Of a DNA stretch of 64,000 bases, positions 36,845 to 45,487 are shown piece by piece. Each line of letters opens with the position of its first letter. The first letter of the stretch is position 1. The position numbers were made by a program, and so were the translations under genes. The stretch is from the IMG/VR virus record IMGVR_UViG_3300042868_009074, positions 186,001 through 250,000 of that record. The stretch is one strand, 5' to 3'. The notes below the pieces were generated by a model. That model was not told the DNA's origin. It saw only the letters and a program-made list of their open reading frames with translations, and made no database searches.

Positions 36845-37318
36845 ATGAACGATATTTTACTAGACCCACCAACACCTCAAGCTCCTAAGCCAGGTGCAGG
36901 TATGAAACAAATGGGAATTATCATGGGACTAATTGCAGTTGTTGCATTACTCATTGGTATTCTTTTAGCATCTGGGAGTAAAACATCAGATTCTGTAGTT
37001 ACCACACCGCCTGCCCCAGTGCAAACTTATGCTCCAGCTCCAGTTGTCAACAAGTATGAAGCTTATCTTGACCATGTTTATAATAACTCTGGTCAAGCTA
37101 ATACAATTACTAAAGCTTCTCTTATTGAATATGGAGATACTATTTGTTCTGCCTTAGATAATGGTAGAACAATTCCTTATATCGTAGGTTATCTTTCAAA
37201 TAGTTCTTCTGGCGAAACCGATGCTGCTTTGTATGCTTCAGTAATCTTTGGAGCTATCACTTATATTTGCGATGAATATAAAGGTGATCTTAACCTTTAT
37301 CTTTCTAACTCCAATTAA
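36845..37318 (+). CDS. Membrane-anchored DUF732-like protein
   Basis: TM helix, Pro-rich linker, LIEYGDTICSALDNG...AITYIC. Confidence 0.7.
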   Translation: MNDILLDPPTPQAPKPGAGMKQMGIIMGLIAVVALLIGILLASGSKTSDSVVTTPPAPVQTYAPAPVVNKYEAYLDHVYNNSGQANTITKASLIEYGDTICSALDNGRTIPYIVGYLSNSSSGETDAALYASVIFGAITYICDEYKGDLNLYLSNSN

Positions 37319-37336
37319 TATTTAAGGAAACATTTT

Positions 37337-38569
37337 ATGTCTATTCTAGTATCTGAACTAGATCTTCCTTATGTACCACCTAAACTTATTAAATCTGATT
37401 TAACAACTTATGATCAATTTAAAATTGGTTTAGAAGCTCATAAGCAAAACTGGATTGGCACAACAAAACTTTCTTATGTGATTTTAGACCACAAGCATTC
37501 TGCTGCTATGTTGAAAGACAAGAGATGGCACAATGGTTTGTATTTATTAAGCGAACTTAATCCTCATTTTACTGAAGAGATTAAGATGAGTAGGAAAAAA
37601 TTAATAATTAACTTAGAAGGCGAAGATCATTCAAGACTCAGAAAGATAATTGCTCCAGTTTTTTCACCAAAGACAGCTGAGCTTCTTCGACCAGACATGC
37701 AAGATGCTATCAATCAAGTTCTTAATGATGTCATCGAAAGCGGTCAATGCGATTTGCAAAAAGATGTATTCAACAAGTATCCATCATACATTATCTCTAA
37801 GATAGTAGGAGTCCCCAATTCAGATTGGGAGAAGTTTAGTCAATGGGCTGATGATACCTTCAAAACATTTGGTGGAAACTTTGAACACCATAGCGAAGTT
37901 ATATTAAATACTCAAAATGAATTAGATCAATATACTAATAATTTAATCATCAGCAAAAAAGAAAACAAAGGCAATGACCTTGTTTCTATGTTAATTGACG
38001 CAGAATTTGATGGTCAAAAATTATCAGATCAAGAAATACAATCTCTTATCCAAGTAGTTCTGATGGCAGGCATGGATACGACTAGAGCACAGCTTGGTCT
38101 TATAGCAGTTATGCTATCTGAGAGACCAGATTTAATATCGATGTTAGCCAATGATTTAAATGTTGAAGATATAATAGAAGAGTCTACTCGCTTAGATTCT
38201 GTTTTTAAATATGTAATGAGAATTGCTTCAGAAGACATTGAATACAATGGAGTCTTATTCCCTAAGGGAACAATTATCTCCCCAGCATTGGGTGTTAATA
38301 ATTACGATGACTTAGCTTTTGAAAACGCATCTGAATTTATTCTTGATCGTAAAGCAACAAAGGGCATTACCCTGTCTTATGGTGGTGGAATTCATTACTG
38401 TCTCGGTGCTTCTTTAGCACGAGCTCAAATGCAGGAATGTATGAAAGTTGTTGCAAAAAGAATGCCAGATTATAAAATTACTGGAGAAGTTCTTTATAAA
38501 GAAGCTTACGAATCAGTAGTCGGTCCAAGATCTATCCCTGTGACTTTTACACCTAACATTAAGATTTGA
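37337..38569 (+). CDS. Cytochrome P450
   Basis: HSRLRK, I-helix AGMDTT, ExxR (EESTR), heme motif YGGGIHYCLGASLAR. Confidence 0.95.
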   Translation: MSILVSELDLPYVPPKLIKSDLTTYDQFKIGLEAHKQNWIGTTKLSYVILDHKHSAAMLKDKRWHNGLYLLSELNPHFTEEIKMSRKKLIINLEGEDHSRLRKIIAPVFSPKTAELLRPDMQDAINQVLNDVIESGQCDLQKDVFNKYPSYIISKIVGVPNSDWEKFSQWADDTFKTFGGNFEHHSEVILNTQNELDQYTNNLIISKKENKGNDLVSMLIDAEFDGQKLSDQEIQSLIQVVLMAGMDTTRAQLGLIAVMLSERPDLISMLANDLNVEDIIEESTRLDSVFKYVMRIASEDIEYNGVLFPKGTIISPALGVNNYDDLAFENASEFILDRKATKGITLSYGGGIHYCLGASLARAQMQECMKVVAKRMPDYKITGEVLYKEAYESVVGPRSIPVTFTPNIKI

Positions 38570-38572
38570 TAT

Positions 38573-38785
38573 ATGGACAGTCAAATAATTAAAGCACAGA
38601 TGTCTTCTCTTATTGGTAGAAGGATAGAACTTGTTGATTGCACTGATGAGTTCACCCCAATGACACCTGGTACCAAAGGAACTATATCTTATATAGATGA
38701 TATTGGTACAGTCTTTGTTGATTGGGATAACGGATCTGCATTAGGTCTTATCCCTGGAATAGATAAATGGAAGTATATTAAATGA
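38573..38785 (+). CDS. DUF4314-like small protein
   Basis: GTKGTISYIDDIGTVFVDWDNGSALGLIPGID. Confidence 0.75.
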   Translation: MDSQIIKAQMSSLIGRRIELVDCTDEFTPMTPGTKGTISYIDDIGTVFVDWDNGSALGLIPGIDKWKYIK

Positions 38786-39078
38786 CTATTACATTTGGAA
38801 CACGGTCACTCGAAGGAGTGACATTAGAACACAAAACATTAGAAGAATCATTAGAGGCTTTTATGGCTGCTGATGGTTATAGAATAGATTTCATGTTCCC
38901 AGATGGAAGATTTCTTTTTATTCATCGGGGAGAATATGGCGATGACATTCCTGAAGAAAAGTTAAATCACCCTGCATGGAGGAACTACAAACAAGCTGTC
39001 TCTAAAGTTCTTGTTTATGATCCTCAAAATTTGCACAACAATAATGACAACGTAACTTACGTTGATTTTTCTTCTTAA
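38782..39078 (+). CDS. Hypothetical protein
   Basis: ATGA overlap. Confidence 0.7.
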   Translation: MTITFGTRSLEGVTLEHKTLEESLEAFMAADGYRIDFMFPDGRFLFIHRGEYGDDIPEEKLNHPAWRNYKQAVSKVLVYDPQNLHNNNDNVTYVDFSS

Positions 39079-39083
39079 GATTT

Positions 39084-39182
39084 TAGCTAGTAGCGTGTTC
39101 GATTTACTATTTGGAATTCGGAACGATATTAATAGTTACACACAGCACGTGGGCCTATATTCCCCGTAACTACTACTAGCTA
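39084..39182 (+). ncRNA. Candidate structured RNA, copy 1
   Basis: Terminal stem TAGCTAGTAG/CTACTAGCTA; inner stem GCGTGTT/AGCACGT. Confidence 0.55.
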
Positions 39183-39189
39183 GATAAGT

Positions 39190-39305
39190 TTGATGGTAGC
39201 TGGTAAATTCCTACTAAGCGATTTTCGCAGAAATAAGCCGGTGTGAATTGCTAACTAAAAGTAACGATACTAGTGGCCCCATATCGCCCCGTTACCTACC
39301 ATCAA
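39190..39305 (+). ncRNA. Candidate structured RNA, copy 2
   Basis: Terminal stem TTGATGGTAG/CTACCATCAA; inner stem GCTGGTA/TACTAGT; 3' motif shared with copy 1. Confidence 0.55.
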
Positions 39306-39557
39306 TTAATTTAAATTTAAAGGCAGTATTTTTTATGAACTTTTTTGCTATGACTATGTGCATATCAATTGTTGGTGGAACAATACTTTGCATTATATAT
39401 GATGCTTATAAATATAAGGACTGAATATGATTCATTCTATTAAACAACTTATTATCCGTATTCGTTTTAAACGAACAGCTAGACAACGTCATAAATCATA
39501 CAATAAAATGCATCAGACTCCTTATGGAGTTCCCACTAGAAATCAAGGATATTACGA

Positions 39558-39746
39558 ATGACTTACATTAAAATGCATGTTAAAGATAAGCTAGACATTA
39601 TTGCTCATGTTTTAACTCGTAATGGCATTACTGTTTGGTATGGTATACCAGAACAGATAGTTGATGAACTTAAAGCTAATGGCTATAAGATAAAAAAGCG
39701 TAAGAATTTTAAAAACCTTACATCTAAGAATCAACCATACTTATAA
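39558..39746 (+). CDS. Small hypothetical protein
   Basis: AAGGA RBS. Confidence 0.6.
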   Translation: MTYIKMHVKDKLDIIAHVLTRNGITVWYGIPEQIVDELKANGYKIKKRKNFKNLTSKNQPYL

Positions 39747-39870
39747 TGATAGCTTATGTAATCATTGCTATTGGTTCTTTGTGGGGCATCTTAACTTTTA
39801 TTGGGTTCCATGAAGAAGATAAAGAAATTAAAGAGATGATTGAATCTGCTCGCAAAGCAACTGAAAACAA

Positions 39871-39943
39871 GCGCCTTTAGCTCAGTTGGTAGAGCAGTGG
39901 ACTTTTAATCCATGTGTCCCGGGTTCGAACCCCGGAGGGCGCA
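39871..39943 (+). tRNA. tRNA-Lys(TTT)
   Basis: Acceptor GCGCCTT/AGGGCGC, anticodon loop CTTTTAA, GTTCGAAC. Confidence 0.95.
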
Positions 39944-40211
39944 CTATTAAAGATGTGTCTGTACTATATACAATACAAATCCAAAAGTTAGAGGGTAAAC
40001 ACAATGGAAGCAACTCCTAAACAACTAGCAACTAATCTCATAGATAAAGCTATTAAAGATATATCAGGTAGAGATCTTGTTTCCACCAATGAAATGACTG
40101 ATCTTCTTCTTGATATTAGGCTTTATCTTCTGGCTCAAGAAGAGCCAGTCCCCCAGTAGATCTAATCTATGCTATACTTAATAAATATTAGAAACAAATG
40201 AAAGATATATA

Positions 40212-40412
40212 ATGAACAAAGGTACAGTAAAATTCTTCAATGATGAAAAAGGCTTCGGCTTTATTTCACGTGAAAACGGTGACGATTTATTCGTTCACTT
40301 CTCAAACATCGAAGGTACAGGTCGCCGTTCTTTGGCTACCGGTCAAGAAGTAGAGTTTGAAGTTGGTCAAGGCCAAAAAGGCATGGAAGCTAAGAACGTC
40401 CGCCCACTCTAA
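40212..40412 (+). CDS. csp: Cold-shock protein
   Basis: [25 protein letters not shown]. Confidence 0.95.
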   Translation: MNKGTVKFFNDEKGFGFISRENGDDLFVHFSNIEGTGRRSLATGQEVEFEVGQGQKGMEAKNVRPL

Positions 40413-40422
40413 TAAGGTAGTT

Positions 40423-40623
40423 ATGAAAATTAAATTTACAGCTGAAATAACCATGGATATTCCTGGTGAATTTCAAGACGATGCAGATGCAGTTCAACTG
40501 ATTACAGAAGAACTTCGGGATAGACTAGAGACAGAAGTTGAGTACGATAAGTACGATCAACCTTCTCTTATGTTTCTAACTGCAGAAGTTCGTAGTTATT
40601 TTGTAACTGCCGGAAGAGTTTAA
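40423..40623 (+). CDS. Small hypothetical protein
   Basis: AAGG RBS before MKIKF. Confidence 0.6.
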   Translation: MKIKFTAEITMDIPGEFQDDADAVQLITEELRDRLETEVEYDKYDQPSLMFLTAEVRSYFVTAGRV

Positions 40624-40759
40624 TTGCTCTAGGCATTTTATTTCGGGAGCTTACAGTCCCCATTGTTACGGATCCCCACTCGTTTACGACTGGCCCGTCC
40701 ACAAAGTGAATATACCAATCCACCTTTCTCCCCAGATAAGGTGGTCACAACTGTCCTAC

Positions 40760-40833
40760 GGGCCTTTAGCTCAGTTGGTTAGAGCAGGGTGCTCATAACG
40801 CCTTGGTCCTCGGTTCGAGTCCGGGAAGGCCCA
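40760..40833 (+). tRNA. tRNA with CAT anticodon (Ile2 or elongator Met)
   Basis: Acceptor GGGCCTT/AAGGCCC, loop CTCATAA, GTTCGAGTC. Confidence 0.92.
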
Positions 40834-40835
40834 CT

Positions 40836-40991
40836 ATGATAAATCTTTTATTCACCTATATTTGGTTATTCTATATTGGATTAACCGAGTCTATAGTTAT
40901 GCAGTTTGCAGCAATACTTATATTTTATGTTGCTTCTCGAATTGCATACGCCCCTACTGATAATTGGTATTATCCCAAACAGGAAGACTAA
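40836..40991 (+). CDS. Small membrane peptide
   Basis: Hydrophobic 51 aa ORF directly after the tRNA. Confidence 0.45.
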   Translation: MINLLFTYIWLFYIGLTESIVMQFAAILIFYVASRIAYAPTDNWYYPKQED

Positions 40992-40992
40992 T

Positions 40993-41190
40993 ATGCCAAG
41001 ATATAATTTAAACCGTGAAGATGTAGATCTTCTTGTCGACGCTTTACAGAACTACTTAGTTAATAATGGTTTTGAAAAACATCCTACTAGAGTAGTTAGT
41101 CTTAAGAATAGACTCTTATTAAAAATCAAACCTGAAGATCTATCACTCGATGAGGTAGATGTTTGGTCCGCATTTCAAGAAGGTAACTAA
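40993..41190 (+). CDS. Small hypothetical protein
   Basis: AGGA RBS before MPRYN. Confidence 0.6.
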   Translation: MPRYNLNREDVDLLVDALQNYLVNNGFEKHPTRVVSLKNRLLLKIKPEDLSLDEVDVWSAFQEGN

Positions 41191-41453
41191 TGCCATATAT
41201 TGAACAATCTGATAGAAGCTTTTTTGATGAAAAGATTTCTTTTAAAAATAATGCAATACAAACTCCAGGTGAGTTAAACTATTTCATTACCAAGATAGTT
41301 GATCATTATATTTCAAGTCATGGTAAAAACTATTCTAGTATCAATGAAGCTATTGGCGTATTAGAATGCGCAAAACTTGAACTTTATCGTAGAATTGCAG
41401 CACCTTATGAAGATGCAAAGATACAACAAAACGGTGATGTTTACACCGCCTAA
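41190..41453 (+). CDS. Small conserved-looking phage protein
   Basis: MPYI...PGELNY...[11 protein letters not shown]...PYED...NGDVY. Confidence 0.8.
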   Translation: MPYIEQSDRSFFDEKISFKNNAIQTPGELNYFITKIVDHYISSHGKNYSSINEAIGVLECAKLELYRRIAAPYEDAKIQQNGDVYTA

Positions 41454-41468
41454 TTAAGGAGAACCCAA

Positions 41469-41951
41469 ATGGGTATGGACGTCTATGGCAATAAGCCAAA
41501 GAACGAACTTGGTGAATACTTTCGTGCCAACGTATGGTACTGGCATCCTATGTGGGATTGTTTAGACCAACTCCACCCTACTATTTGTTCTAAGTGCGAA
41601 AGCCCCCATGATAATTCTGGCGCAGGTTTAAGTGCTAAAGACTCTATAACTCTTGCTAAACTTTTAAAAAAAGATTTAGAAGATGGAACTATAAAAGCAT
41701 ATATTGAACAATACAAAGCCCACATGGATTCTCTTCCATTGGATGATTGCAAGTATTGTGAAGGCTTAGGTGTTCGTGTTTGGAAAGAAGCAGATGCTAA
41801 TGGTCAAGAACAGAGTGTTACTAAACAATGTAACTCTTGCCAAGGTACTTTAAAAGTAGCTAACTTTGCTACTCATTACCATATGGATTATGATCTTCTC
41901 GTAGAGTTCCAACTATTCTTGCAAAATTGTGGCGGATTTAGGATTTGCTAA
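41469..41951 (+). CDS. Phage protein with DnaJ-type zinc finger insert
   Basis: YFRANVWYWHP, CKYCEGLG, CNSCQG. Confidence 0.8.
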   Translation: MGMDVYGNKPKNELGEYFRANVWYWHPMWDCLDQLHPTICSKCESPHDNSGAGLSAKDSITLAKLLKKDLEDGTIKAYIEQYKAHMDSLPLDDCKYCEGLGVRVWKEADANGQEQSVTKQCNSCQGTLKVANFATHYHMDYDLLVEFQLFLQNCGGFRIC

Positions 41952-42186
41952 TATGTCATTTCAAAACAAGCAGAGCATTAAACATCCTCCTTTGAGTATG
42001 AGAATGAAAGTTCTTGAAGTATATTATAAAAAGCTCAGTGAGTCAGATCATATTGATGCACTTGTTCTTTATAAAAATACTATGGGTGGACTTTACCATA
42101 GGTTTAATCCATGGTTAAGACAACGATTCTATACCAGAAAATCTTTTATGCCTAAGGAAGAAGAAGAATACGATGACTATAATTAA
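41929..42186 (+). CDS. Small hypothetical protein
   Basis: Co-directional ORF; true start probably at MSFQN. Confidence 0.55.
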   Translation: MADLGFANMSFQNKQSIKHPPLSMRMKVLEVYYKKLSESDHIDALVLYKNTMGGLYHRFNPWLRQRFYTRKSFMPKEEEEYDDYN

Positions 42187-42460
42187 TATCAAAAGAGATT
42201 CTAGCATTCATCTAGTATTAAAATATTTAAAGATGAAAAATTCTAGACCTTCAACTCAAAAAGATATTTATACATTTAATCCTAATAAGTTTGATTCTTC
42301 TTATGATGTTCAGGATTTGCTTAACAATTTAATTGATCAGCAATTTGCTATTTGCAAAAACAAACAGTATACTATTACTCCACGAGGTAAAGAGGCTCTT
42401 TGTTTTATAACCGCACAACAACCATTACCGAGATACAATGACAAAGCATCTATCATTTAA
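42173..42460 (+). CDS. Winged-helix protein
   Basis: LNNLIDQQFA...YTITPRGKEAL. Confidence 0.65.
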   Translation: MTIINIKRDSSIHLVLKYLKMKNSRPSTQKDIYTFNPNKFDSSYDVQDLLNNLIDQQFAICKNKQYTITPRGKEALCFITAQQPLPRYNDKASII

Positions 42461-42503
42461 ATTAGACTTTCGAATAACCACCGATACTACCCCAGCTTAT
42501 CAA

Positions 42504-42580
42504 GCGGGTGTATCCCCTCACTCTTATAAAGTGTAGAAAGGGTAGTTGGTGGCACGCGGGTTCAAATCCCGTCACCCGCA
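42504..42580 (+). ncRNA. Non-canonical tRNA-like RNA (TAT anticodon-like loop, no normal D arm)
   Basis: Acceptor GCGGGTG/CACCCGC+A; T arm GCGGG-TTCAAAT-CCCGT; hairpin CACT-CTTATAA-AGTG. Confidence 0.7.
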
Positions 42581-42598
42581 CTTTACCGAAAGGTTCTT

Positions 42599-42883
42599 AT
42601 GGAATCCGAACAATTAGATGATATAATTAATTCAGTCATCAATGAACATGATGTTATACTGAATAATTATAACGATATCTATTCTTTATTCAAAGAAATT
42701 ATTTGGATGCCCAAACAAGTTCTCATAAATCTTTCTTCTGTTGTTGAGTATATGCAAAGTAAAGATTCCAAATCAACATTGGATGCGCTACAAGAAACTA
42801 GTGCAATCCTTGAATCATTAAACAAAAAAATCAATCAATCAATTGAGTTAATCAAATCTGGAGAAGTTGTTGAAAAAAACTAG
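42599..42883 (+). CDS. Helical hypothetical protein
   Basis: GAAAGG RBS. Confidence 0.65.
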   Translation: MESEQLDDIINSVINEHDVILNNYNDIYSLFKEIIWMPKQVLINLSSVVEYMQSKDSKSTLDALQETSAILESLNKKINQSIELIKSGEVVEKN

Positions 42884-43274
42884 TAGAAAACCAAAAGGCT
42901 CTAAAAAGCTAGATGACTTTAATATTATTTCTGCTAATGAAAATGGTTGGAGACACAAAGCTTCTTGCTCTTCTAAGGAAGTCAATAGCAATTGGTTCTT
43001 TGCTCAACCTAAATCCCCTGAAGCCAATAGAGCTTTAAGCGTTTGCAAAAACTGTCCTGTTAAAGCTAATTGTCTTTACGATGCAATCATGTATCAATAC
43101 CATGGTATATGGGGTGGCTATACTCAAGAAGCCCGTAATAAGATAATTGTTCATTACCTCAATAATGATTTGACTTCTTTTACCCTTGAGCAAGCAAAAC
43201 AAATCTATGATCATGTAGAACAATCTGGACAGCGTAAACCTGTCAATACAACTAACGTCCATATAAAACGTTAG
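42867..43274 (+). CDS. whiB: WhiB-family Fe-S transcription factor
   Basis: W...ASC...WFF...VCKNCPVKANCL...GIWGG. Confidence 0.92.
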   Translation: MLKKTSRKPKGSKKLDDFNIISANENGWRHKASCSSKEVNSNWFFAQPKSPEANRALSVCKNCPVKANCLYDAIMYQYHGIWGGYTQEARNKIIVHYLNNDLTSFTLEQAKQIYDHVEQSGQRKPVNTTNVHIKR

Positions 43275-43290
43275 GTACAACTATTCTGGA

Positions 43291-44055
43291 GTGTGTATGC
43301 ACAACTATTCTTTTAACGATAACGATGATGACATCTTTGATGAAGAAAAAACTTTAACTAGTTCTAAACCTAAAGAACAAAAAAACTTTAAAGAAGATGT
43401 TAAAGATAAAGTTTCTGATTCAGACAAAGAGTTGAAAGACCTTATCGATTCTTTGTCATTAGACGATGATGAACAGAAACCTTTTAGCTTTGTTGCTAGT
43501 CTTGCTCTTAACTTTTATGGAGCTTCTGTTAAATGGATACAATCTAATCATGATGATCAGTTTAAGAAAGCTCTTCATTCTTATTTAGAATCTCTTAATA
43601 AAGGTAACCAAAAATCTTTTCCTTTTTATGAGAAGTACTATACAGCTCAATCTGATTTAGCTATGCGGAGAGTCGTTAATTTATTCTTACAAGAAGTAGT
43701 TAATTCTCCAGAAAAAATAGAACAACTAGTTAATAAAATTGGTTCTTCAGTTGATCCTAATTTTGTGACTACTTACTTTGCATCTTACTTTAATATAAAC
43801 CAGTTTACTATTTTAGAATGCTTCTCTCATTACAAAGCTCTAGCTCAGTACTTAGATCTTCCATTTGATGACTCAATAATGAAAGAGGTTAGTGGAGGAG
43901 CTCTTTCTCCAATTGACTATGAAACATTTTCTTCTAATCAATTCTCTCTTGCCATTATGGATAATCAAGAACTTAAGACTATCCTTACAGAAGTATTATC
44001 TGAATCAATAAAGACCTTTGTAAGAGTTAAGAACTTAGAAGATCTAGATATATAA
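43291..44055 (+). CDS. Hypothetical protein
   Basis: 254 aa; GGAG RBS. Confidence 0.75.
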   Translation: MCMHNYSFNDNDDDIFDEEKTLTSSKPKEQKNFKEDVKDKVSDSDKELKDLIDSLSLDDDEQKPFSFVASLALNFYGASVKWIQSNHDDQFKKALHSYLESLNKGNQKSFPFYEKYYTAQSDLAMRRVVNLFLQEVVNSPEKIEQLVNKIGSSVDPNFVTTYFASYFNINQFTILECFSHYKALAQYLDLPFDDSIMKEVSGGALSPIDYETFSSNQFSLAIMDNQELKTILTEVLSESIKTFVRVKNLEDLDI

Positions 44056-44071
44056 CAGAAAGTTTTAAAAT

Positions 44072-44380
44072 ATGTCAGAAGCCGTAATAATACCCGTTGA
44101 ACAAAAAGAATATGTTTCAGTTCTTTTAACTCTTGAAGTTACTGATTGCTACCACATGGCTGAACTTCTTATGACAGTTGCTTCACAGGTAGCAAGAATA
44201 AAAAACAATAAAATTTCTTTAGTAGAATCCCAAATTGTGTTATTAGATTCCGAAACTGGTCAACCAAAATACCGAGATATTGAAGATGATGACGAAGGTT
44301 ATGAATATCAGATGACTGAATCTGGGGTTATTAAAAATGATGAACATTTGATTGTATTTGATCCAAATGAAGAAATATAG
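44072..44380 (+). CDS. Acidic hypothetical protein
   Basis: 102 aa, co-directional. Confidence 0.7.
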   Translation: MSEAVIIPVEQKEYVSVLLTLEVTDCYHMAELLMTVASQVARIKNNKISLVESQIVLLDSETGQPKYRDIEDDDEGYEYQMTESGVIKNDEHLIVFDPNEEI

Positions 44381-44382
44381 AT

Positions 44383-44826
44383 ATGTTTATAGGAAAAAAG
44401 TTTAAATCTTTTACAGTTAGCTTTTGTACTATTGGTGCTCTCGCTGCAATCAACTATACATTGATCCATAACCCTTTAGTGTTTGTCTTTACTATGATGT
44501 TACTGGTTCATGAACTAGGTCATTATCTTATTGCTAAACTAGCTAAAGCAGATGCATCTTATCCTTTCTTTATACCTCTTCCTTTTATAGGTATAGGTAT
44601 AACCAGAGTTAAAAATCTCTTACCCAAGCACAGAGCTTCCGTTGCTATTGCCGGAGTTCTGTTTTCTGCATTGTTTATTTTAAACGTTATTTTTAATAAC
44701 TTTATATATCATATGTTTACTTTTTCTTCTTTATTTGTTCTTTTGTTTCTGGAATTGTTCTTTAACTATTTCGGATCAGACGGTAATAAATACCGTCAAT
44801 CAAAACTTTCTTTGCTATCTTCCTAA
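44383..44826 (+). CDS. M50/site-2-protease-like membrane zinc metallopeptidase (short)
   Basis: LLVHELGHY, FIPLPFIG, VAIAG; multiple TM helices. Confidence 0.75.
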   Translation: MFIGKKFKSFTVSFCTIGALAAINYTLIHNPLVFVFTMMLLVHELGHYLIAKLAKADASYPFFIPLPFIGIGITRVKNLLPKHRASVAIAGVLFSALFILNVIFNNFIYHMFTFSSLFVLLFLELFFNYFGSDGNKYRQSKLSLLSS

Positions 44827-44850
44827 ACCAAAACAAAACATAAATCATCA

Positions 44851-45093
44851 TTGAACAGGAAAACCATGAATCAAAGCAACAAGGCCAAAGCTAATATGTT
44901 AGAAAACAAAATCAATAATTTCTTTGAAGAATCTTATTTTGATGTTCAAGGAATGACTACTAAGATTTCTTTTAATGAGACTCAACTTGTTCGTCTTATG
45001 ACTAAGATTAGTGTTGGTCTTGTGACTGTTTGGTGGTCATCGTTAGAACTCAAAACTCTGCTAAAAACTTATCAATTATCTAAGGGGCTTTAA
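44851..45093 (+). CDS. Small hypothetical protein
   Basis: AGGA before MNQSN. Confidence 0.6.
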   Translation: MNRKTMNQSNKAKANMLENKINNFFEESYFDVQGMTTKISFNETQLVRLMTKISVGLVTVWWSSLELKTLLKTYQLSKGL

Positions 45094-45485
45094 TGTCTGA
45101 ATATCCTGAACAAATTCCAAAGGAACAAAAGCCTTTGGATAAGTTTACCTTTTCTCTTAATCTTTCCAACAAAGTTAAAGAAGATCTAGAGTCTGAACTT
45201 TCTACAATAGAAGAGAGAATAAATTCTATTGTTAATAAGGTTACTGTTGACGGGATGCCTATACTAAAAGCTATTCTTCAAACCAGCCACGATAAAAAAG
45301 AACTTAAGCGTTTAGCTAAAGGTCTAGATAGAGTTGCTGATTTGATTGAAGGATCTGATCATATTAAAACTCGGTTAAATATAATTGATACCGCACATAA
45401 AGATCCTGATTGGTTCGCTTGGACCTTTGGTGATTTCTCTGAAGAAATCGACAAGCACATTGAATCTATTCTAGACGAAAGCTGA
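45093..45485 (+). CDS. Coiled-coil hypothetical protein
   Basis: TAATG coupling to the upstream gene. Confidence 0.7.
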   Translation: MSEYPEQIPKEQKPLDKFTFSLNLSNKVKEDLESELSTIEERINSIVNKVTVDGMPILKAILQTSHDKKELKRLAKGLDRVADLIEGSDHIKTRLNIIDTAHKDPDWFAWTFGDFSEEIDKHIESILDES

Positions 45486-45487
45486 TT

